DNA of 64,000 nucleotides, taken from assembly GCF_009914755.1 (NCBI RefSeq), contig NC_060947.1. One strand, 5' to 3'. The translations under genes and the position numbers were made by a program. Below are positions 54,521-64,000 of the stretch, piece by piece. The notes under the pieces are model-generated. The model saw only the letters and a program-made list of their open reading frames with translations. It ran no database searches and was not told where the DNA came from. This stretch comes from the human T2T-CHM13v2.0 reference genome, Homo sapiens. Position 1 is the stretch's first letter. Every line of letters begins with the position of its first letter.

Positions 54521-54597
54521 CCAAAGCGCCAGACAAACCTATTCAGGTGGTTTATGTGCCCTCACATCTGTTTCATATGCTATTTGAGTTGTTCAAG
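54521..54597 (+). CDS. PDK3: PDK3 exon 7
   Basis: tttcag|CC AAA...TTC AAG|gtaagt; AKAPDKPIQVVYVPSHLFHMLFELFK; 77 nt. Confidence 0.97.
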
Positions 54598-55894
54598 GTA
54601 AGTGGAATTTTAAAAACGTGGAAAGAAGTCTTCATTTTAAATTACTTTGATTCAGGGCATAATGGATTCATTAGATTAGCATAAGAAAAAGGTTTTGCAT
54701 AACCATTTTAAAAATTCTATTTCTGATATCCTGTGGGTTTTATAATTTGTACACTGTGAGATGAGAAATTGCTGTGTACACTATAGTTTTTGTGAATATT
54801 AGTACATATTGATTTTGAAGCTTAATTGCACTTTAGTGATTTTATGTAAAATCCATACTGTTTTTTCTTTAGTTATGAGATTAGAGATGCTTTTTAGTTT
54901 CCAAACCTGGCAAAGGCTTTACTGGTGATAGCCAGATCAAAATAAAAACATGTTTATACATATTTATGCTTCTGAAAATTAACCACACTGGTACATTAGT
55001 GGTTGTTCCAGTCCTGAGAGATCCTGCAACTCTTTTATAAAATATTTGAATCAATTCAGAAGATCCAAGAGAGGCAGAGGAGAAAGATGTAGATGAGCTG
55101 GACCAAAAGAACCACCCCTCCCCCCCACCAAATTCTTTAGAGTCTGCAACTTAAGCTGTTGCTTTTGTTAATCAGTAGCTAATGACATTTACAGTAGCAG
55201 TATTACAGGCACAAGGCATTTGAGCTAAAATTTCATTTCTTCCAATGCGTGAAACACTAAATTGAACACCTGAAAAATCAGTTATGCTGATTTGCTTCCA
55301 AAAATTAGAATGTTACTGATGTAACGCTTTAAGGTTGAAATGGGCATTCAATTGTGAACTTTCTCTTCAGCAGCTGTGGCTTTTTCAGAATTTCTTTTTA
55401 ACCAATATTTCTTCTACTTTTTTCAGCCAAATGATTAATTTTTGTGGGAAGCATGCATCCTTTCAGTTTTTCTGCCTTCTTTAGAGAAAAGGTGCTCTAT
55501 AAATGCAGACTGATAAATAGGATTTAAAGTGCACAAATCAGCCTCTGCATAGCCTCATTACATGCGATAAAAACATTCCTCTGGGTTGAGTTGAATAATT
55601 TAAATACCGTAAAGCGAAAAAAAAAAAAAGAGGAAGAAGAAGAAGGAAAGAAAAATAAATATTTAGCATGTTGGATGAGGCTAAAACTAGGTGAAAAACA
55701 AAGTGTCAGGAAATTTTTCCTTGATTTGAGCACGTTTAGCTAAGCTCTTTAGAGGGAAAAATGCCATAAAAATCCAACTAATATTTGCCCCAAAAAAGGG
55801 TTGTTGGGTATAAGTCATCTTGCGCTTCTTTCTCTTTAAAAATTGTGGTTTGTGATTCGGCAGTATGATTAATAAAAAGATCTTATTATTTTAG

Positions 55895-55996
55895 AACTCA
55901 ATGAGAGCGACAGTTGAACTCTATGAAGACAGAAAAGAGGGCTACCCTGCTGTTAAAACCCTCGTTACTTTGGGTAAAGAAGACTTATCCATTAAG
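55895..55996 (+). CDS. PDK3: PDK3 exon 8
   Basis: ttttag|AAC TCA...ATT AAG|gtaact; NSMRATVELYEDRKEGYPAVKTLVTLGKEDLSIK; 102 nt. Confidence 0.97.
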
Positions 55997-56396
55997 GTAA
56001 CTGTTTTATGTGCATGTATACTTTAATTATCAGTTGTGATTTAATAGTATCTAGACATTGAAAAATCAGAGGGAAGGAAATTGACATTTATTGAGTGTCC
56101 TGTTTGTAAGTTCTATGCTAGATCCTTGGCTTAAGTTACCTTATTTAAACTTCATTAGAACCTTGTTATTCAGGGAGTTGAACAAGACCTCAACACCAAG
56201 CCTGTTGGATCCCACTGTACCATTCGGCCTCCTTTGTTTTACACTGTTCACAAAGGAACCGTATGTCACTGGGGGATTCAAAGTCCTTGTACATTGTGGA
56301 GTAATCTGCTATGTACTTTATTTAATGAACCCATTGCCTCCTACTAAGTATAGATCAACTTCTTTGTTTTGATTGTTAACATTTTGAACATTGCAG

Positions 56397-56507
56397 ATCA
56401 GTGACCTAGGTGGTGGTGTCCCACTTCGAAAAATAGATCGTCTTTTTAACTACATGTATTCTACTGCTCCTAGACCCAGCCTGGAGCCTACCAGAGCTGC
56501 CCCTTTG
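56397..56507 (+). CDS. PDK3: PDK3 exon 9
   Basis: ttgcag|ATC AGT GAC...CCT TTG|gtaagc; [37 protein letters not shown]; 111 nt. Confidence 0.97.
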
Positions 56508-57816
56508 GTAAGCATCTGAAAGTGCTGCTGAAGGAAAGATCATAAACACAGGAAGGGGCTCAGAGGGAGCTGCCTCTCTCCCCAGGTTGTCACATTAGTG
56601 TAGTTGATTTAGAAGGTTGCGTGTATTATGGTTTGGAGGAGGGAGAATTTTTTGCCTTGGCTACTTGCTTTGTGAATCCTTTGGACTTCAATTTCCTCTC
56701 TGATTTGTGTCTAAGAAACACTCCTAGCTGAGTGCCTCATTCCCATATACAGAGAAAAAGTACCTCATTGTGGTAAGACTGCTACTGTAGCACCATTTTC
56801 CACTTTGTGCTACCCTTGGAAGGGGTGGAAGTTGCCAGTGGGTGAGCAAAGGGACAGTACTGAATGCATAGCTGCCGCTTGGTCCTGCGCACTCTGGCGT
56901 GCGTACCACAGAGGCGCGAATCACCTAGTGCCTTGGAATCTCCACTGTCAAATTTGTTTATATAATTAAAATGTTAAATTATGAAAACATTAAATTTTTA
57001 TGTTAAATAACATTAGCATGAAACATATAGGTGGTGTATGCATTTTCAGAGCCCTTTCTGTCTCACTCTGGAAATAACCTTCAGCCCTGTTAAGGCAGTG
57101 AGAAAAGCCACTGGTTACCATGGTAGCATTTAGATCCTGGTAGGGCCACACTTGCTTCCCCTGCTGAGTGTTTCTAATTGACAAACAACAATTGAACCCT
57201 TTGTCATTAAACACAGCAACATATCTATCAGTCTGCAAAATGGTTCAGGGTATAAATTAAGTTTCATTTTAAAGTCGTACCTGACTGATAAGCACATAAG
57301 ATTATATTTTATTTGTATGAATAAAATCAAACACTTTGCATCATTTATTTGAGACAGAGTTTGTTAACTCAGCATGTTGGAAACAGGAAATCATTTATAT
57401 AGGAGTCGAGAAAATTCATGAAAGATCACATTTGAGAGGCGTTGCCTTGACTAGGCTCTGGCATGCACTTAAATACACATCAAAAGGAAAAAAGGCACCA
57501 CAAACAAATCTAGCACCTTCCCCAGTTGTTTAAAAGAAATATAGATTGTCTCTTCCAGGTCTTAAAATAGCATCTTGAGGATAGCTGTTATATCATAGGT
57601 TTTTTTTCTTATTGAAACTGAGGGCTTGTAAGAGACTTTTAACAGTTAACGCATGCGCACTCCCATTGTATAGATGAGGAAATGAGGAAATGACCTTGTC
57701 CAAAGTCATTGAACTAATTAACTGCAGAGCTGGTGCTGGCCATGTCTGTGTTCTTTCCAGTGTACTACGTGGCCGAAGAAATGCTTCTGCTAGTGGCTCT
57801 CCCAGTTAGGAAACTG

Positions 57817-58110
57817 GCCTGTAATCCTAGCACTTTGGGAGGCCAAGGCGGGTGGATCACTTAAGGTCAGGAGTTCGAGACCAGCCTGGCCAACATGGTG
57901 AAACCCTGTCTCTACTAAAAATACACGAAAATAGTCGGGAGCAGTGGCGCATGCTTGTAATCCCAGCTATTCAGGAGGCTGAGGCACAAGAATGGCTTGA
58001 ACCTGGGAGGTGGAGATTGCAGTGAGCCTATATCATGCCACTGCACTCCAGCCTGGGCGACAGAGCGAGGCTCTGCCTCAAAAAAAAAAAAAAAAAAGAA
58101 AAGAAAAAGA
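57817..58110 (+). mobile_element. Alu (AluS), slightly 5'-truncated
   Basis: TSD gaaactg. Confidence 0.94.
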
Positions 58111-58689
58111 AACTGTCCTCAGCTTTAAAGTGGGCACATGGATATGTACTACTAGAAAACATAATTTCCTCATTGAGCAACTTACACTTTTACACCTTTT
58201 ACACCTCTGTGCCTTTACATGTGCATTTCTGTTTGAGAATATCCACCCAGCGAACTCCTGCTGATCCTTTGACACTCTGGGAAACCTTTCCTGAACCTCA
58301 GCAAATCCGAGGTCCAGACCCCTCCTCTGCATTCTTTGGGAGTCTGGGCTTACACTCACATCTGCATTGGCCTCGGAGTTCTCGGCTCTTCTGTGTTGGA
58401 CATGAGGGCAGGCTCTGGGCCTTGCTTGAACATAGAAGGCAGATTTGCTCACATCTCTTCCTAGAGTGAGCTAGTTTCTTTGCTGTGGTTACCTGAGTCA
58501 CTACTATAAATATCTCATCTTCACTACTGGCCATATTCAGCAAGTCCCAAAGCCCTTAAATAATGGGGTACGTTCTTTTACCCCCTGCCCTTTCAGTTAA
58601 ACCCTACCCTGAGGGAAGGTATCAAGGAGAGATGTTAGAAAATGGCAGAAATCTGTGTAACTTCATAAAATTGCTGCTCCTAGTAGCCA

Positions 58690-58900
58690 TAGTACCAGCC
58701 TCAATTTATTTAGTTTTACTGTGTTAGGCACTGTGCCAAGATTTTATACTTGTTATATTATTTAATCCTTATAGCAGCTCTGAGGTCAGTTTTTTATCAT
58801 ATGTTCAGATGAAAACATGGTCTCAAAGAGGTTGAGTAAACTGCTCAGAGTCGCACAGAAAGTGGATTTCAACTGGGTCTGTCTGAGTCTAAGGCCCATG
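58690..58900 (-). mobile_element. MIR
   Basis: ttactgtgttaggcactgtgccaag...tttaatccttatagcagctctgagg...cagatgaaaacatggtctcaaagaggttgagtaa. Confidence 0.7.
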
Positions 58901-59318
58901 TGACTCTGTGCACATGGTCCCCTGCCCTCCTTCCTTAACCTTGTTCATAGATTTAACCAGAAGTGAGGAAGCTTGGTGTTACATCTCCTTCCCCACCCTG
59001 CCCCACTACCACCACAAATGGTATTACATTTAGTTTTGATTCTTACTGTTCTTGTCCATAGAACACCTGTTATTGACAGTCAGGATTCCTTGACATAGAG
59101 ATATAGGAGGGTACTGAAAATTTTTTTAATCTCTAAAAATACCTGAACTACAATATACCAAAATATTCTCACATTCCCGGAACCTTAGTAGTTGCCTCTC
59201 AGAAAATTGTTTTCCTTTCCATGTTCTCGTCTTGTTACTGGTAGATTTGTACTCAGCACTGCGCTATTGATTTTCACTTGCAAAAGCAAGGAAATCTGAT
59301 CATGGGACTTTGAAATGA

Positions 59319-59683
<365 letters not shown>

Positions 59684-59980
59684 TTGGAATGTGCTTTTAA
59701 AAAAATGATAAAATTTTGCTTTAAAATGCTAAAAAAGCATTAGTCAAAAATTAGAATATTTCTATTATTATCCAAACATATAAGACATGTTTTTGCAGGG
59801 TGAAAATAAAGGGGTTGTTTGCCATAGAAGAGGATATACATCATTGTAAAGGTTGAGTCAGTAATTTATTTGATTTAAATCTGAATCAAGAATTTATTTT
59901 AACCTTCTCTGAATGGTCATCATATAAAATGTGTTAGCATTTGTGCCTGTCTCACTGTATTAATTTTCTTTTCTCAATAG

Positions 59981-60094
59981 GCTGGATTTGGTTATGGTTT
60001 GCCAATTTCCCGTCTGTATGCTAGATATTTTCAAGGAGATCTGAAACTGTATTCCATGGAAGGAGTGGGTACTGATGCTGTCATTTATTTGAAG
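59981..60094 (+). CDS. PDK3: PDK3 exon 10
   Basis: caatag|GCT GGA TTT...TTG AAG|gtactg; [38 protein letters not shown]; 114 nt. Confidence 0.97.
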
Positions 60095-60294
60095 GTACTG
60101 CGTTTTATTTGTTAGTATGAGGCATCTTTGCTTTTTAAAGCTGTAAGTTCTAATCGCTGATTGAGAACAGCACTGTATCATCTCTTAGATTCATCTCAGA
60201 TTTACTTCATTTTCCCATGAAAACCATGTTATGCCTCACGCTTGATTCTATGCTCAGATAAAGCAAAATATGAAACGTGGAGGTATAGAAATTA

Positions 60295-60636
<342 letters not shown>

Positions 60637-61202
60637 TTAAATTGTGACTTAAAAAACTACATGCCTATTGAAAGGTCTGATCTAAAAGAAGGCAGATTTT
60701 CATAAACTGAAGTATTTTGGTCTTTTGTTTTAAAAACTCACTGGCTTTCCCAAAGCTACAAGAATTCAGTAATCATAATATGGTTATGTAAAAGATTCAT
60801 TTAATAACAAACTTCTCTGTAACACAGTTTTTCTTATTCATTGGTGATCATTGGGCTTTTATTTCTAAACTCTAGAATATTTGTAACATTTTTTTGAATA
60901 GGTAATATAGGCACATAATAAAAATTTAAAAGCTACAAAAGGAAAAATGAAGTCTCTCCTCCCACTGGCCCTAAACCGCCAGTTCTGTTCAGCGAAGATC
61001 ACCACCGGTCTCAGCGTCTTATGGATCCTCCTAGAGTTGATTCTACATTTATAAATATGGGAAAAATAGAATTTTTCCCACATAAATGAAATTTCAGCAC
61101 CTTCTTATTTTTTTTACTTTGCAATCTGTCTTAGAGATCTTTCCAGATCCATTTATGTAGAACTGGCTCATTCTTTTAAACAGTGGCATAACATGCCACT
61201 GT

Positions 61203-61799
<597 letters not shown>

Positions 61800-62250
61800 T
61801 GATACCAGAATTTAACCAGTTACTGGGAGTATTTATCTTAGATGCCCATGCATCTAAGTAATGCGATATTTAATATACTTGATGGTGTGTGTTTATAAAC
61901 CTGGGATGCATGAGACTGTATCTCTTCCTGGGCCCTTTGTGAGACCAGTCACCAGGTATAGTCAAAACAGTTGAGCATCTCAAAGCAGTATGAGCTGAAT
62001 TAAAATATGTTTTGTTCTGGTCATGTGTATTTCAGTTCTGATTTTGAATGAGCAAATGTTTTCATTCCTTTAAAAAAGCTTTAATGTTTTCCTGGCCAGT
62101 CTAAGTAAACTACTAAGGTGTAATTTTAATATCATTTTGAAAATATGTATTAAGGTTTCTGATGTTTTAAATAATAAAATTTGGGTTACTATTTCACTTG
62201 AGAAAAATGACACTGTCGACCTTTGGTGTATATTTTTGTTTCTCCAATAG

Positions 62251-62394
62251 GCTCTTTCAAGTGAGTCATTTGAGAGACTTCCAGTTTTTAATAAGTCCGC
62301 ATGGCGCCATTACAAGACCACGCCTGAAGCCGATGATTGGAGCAATCCCAGCAGTGAACCCAGGGATGCTTCAAAATACAAAGCAAAACAGTAA
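62251..62394 (+). CDS. PDK3: PDK3 exon 11 coding part to stop (406-aa isoform)
   Basis: caatag|GCT CTT TCA...AAA CAG TAA; ALSSESFERLPVFNKSAWRHYKTTPEADDWSNPSSEPRDASKYKAKQ*. Confidence 0.97.
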   Translation, partial: ALSSESFERLPVFNKSAWRHYKTTPEADDWSNPSSEPRDASKYKAKQ

Positions 62395-62436
62395 TATACC
62401 ACCTTGATTTCCATTACAAAGTATCTGATTTGTCTG

Positions 62437-62442
62437 AATAAA
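62437..62442 (+). terminator. Candidate proximal polyadenylation signal AATAAA
   Basis: AATAAA 42 nt after the PDK3 stop codon; actual use is inferred. Confidence 0.55.
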
Positions 62443-62614
62443 GGTGTCCCACTCACTGTTCCAGGAATTCTTGCAGTGTAGAGGTATTCACAACAGCAAG
62501 CAGGGATTTGGCCTGCCATCAATTTTATTTAAAAAGCAATTAAGTTTGCAGTTTGTCCTCATAAACGTTGTAGGTTGAAACTGAAAAATAAGTTAAAATG
62601 ATCAATCAAGATAA

Positions 62615-63340
62615 AAGGTGATCTATCCATCCAATGGAATATTATTTGGCCTTAAAAAGGAAGGACATTCTGATATGTGCTGCAACATGGGTGAATCTTG
62701 AAGTCATTATGCTAAGTGAAATAAACCAGACATAAAAGGACAAATACTATGATTCCACTTATGTGAAGTACCTAGAGTAGTCAAATGCAGAGACACAAAG
62801 TGGAAGGGAGGTTGCCAGGGGCTAGCGACGAAGATGGAATGGGGAGGCATTGTTTCATGGGTACAAAGTTTCAGGTGGAAAGATGAAAAACTTCTGGAGA
62901 TGGATGGTGGTGATGCTTGCACAACAGCGTGAATGTACTCAATGCCACTGAACTGTACATGTAGCAATGGTTAAGATGGTAAGTTCTGGGCTGGGTGTGG
63001 TGGCTCACGCCTGTAATCCCAACACTTTGGGAGGCTGAGGCTGGATGATCTCTTGAAGCCAGGAGTTCAAGACCAGCCTAGGCAACATAGTGAGACCTCT
63101 GTCTCAGCAAAAAATTTAAAAAGGTAAAATTAGCCGTGTGTGGTGGTGTGGGTCTGTAGTCCTAGCTACTCAGGAAGCTGAGGCGGGAGGATCACTTGAG
63201 CCCAGGACTTCCAGGCTGTAGTGAGCTATGATTCGCACCACTGCACACCAGCCTGGGGGACAGAATAAGACCGTGTCTCAAATAAGAAAAAGGTGGTAAG
63301 TTCTATGTTATGTATAGCTTATCACAATAAAAAATGTTAA
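62615..63340 (+). mobile_element. L1MB-type 3' fragment, interrupted by AluJ
   Basis: aatggaatattatttggccttaaaaaggaagg...attatgctaagtgaaataa...ttctggagatggatggtggtgatg. Confidence 0.82.
62989..63290 (+). mobile_element. Alu (AluJ)
   Basis: TSD tggtaagttct. Confidence 0.93.
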
Positions 63341-63525
63341 CATTATAAAGGAAAAGTTATCAATCACAGAACAAGTTTCACTGTTTTATGGTAATAAGGA
63401 AAATAATCTGTAGTTTTCTTCTGACTATGTACCCTTAAGCTTCAACTCTACTAGCAACAGTGGGGTTCTGCTTCATTTAACTTAAAATAATCCTGTATTA
63501 ACAAAAAAGCAGTATATGTGCATTA

Positions 63526-63933
<408 letters not shown>

Positions 63934-64000
63934 CTATAGCTTCGTGTATATTCTTCCAGATATTTTGCCATTTGTGTATATATGTATTTTTTTTGCAAAT

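Overview
Primate (almost certainly human) genomic DNA, very rich in Alu, L1, MIR, MER and LTR elements. The window covers most of the X-linked PDK3 gene (pyruvate dehydrogenase kinase 3) on the + strand: ~23 kb of intron 1, then coding exons 2-11 (1115 nt). All internal junctions are GT-AG and splice in frame to ...[11 protein letters not shown]...SKYKAKQ*. Exon 1 lies upstream of the window. A degraded processed SNRPE pseudogene sits in sense orientation in intron 5. Nearly all ORFs in the supplied track are Alu or simple-repeat artefacts. I found no convincing novel biological system. Features worth a second look: a splice donor overlapping the PDK3 stop codon, inverted Alu pairs flanking in-frame exons 6 and 10, a chimeric tandem Alu with a shared deletion, an AluYd-type element, a CTCF-like site with an upstream motif, and several candidate splicing or polyadenylation elements. 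Repeat boundaries and subfamily names are by eye and approximate.
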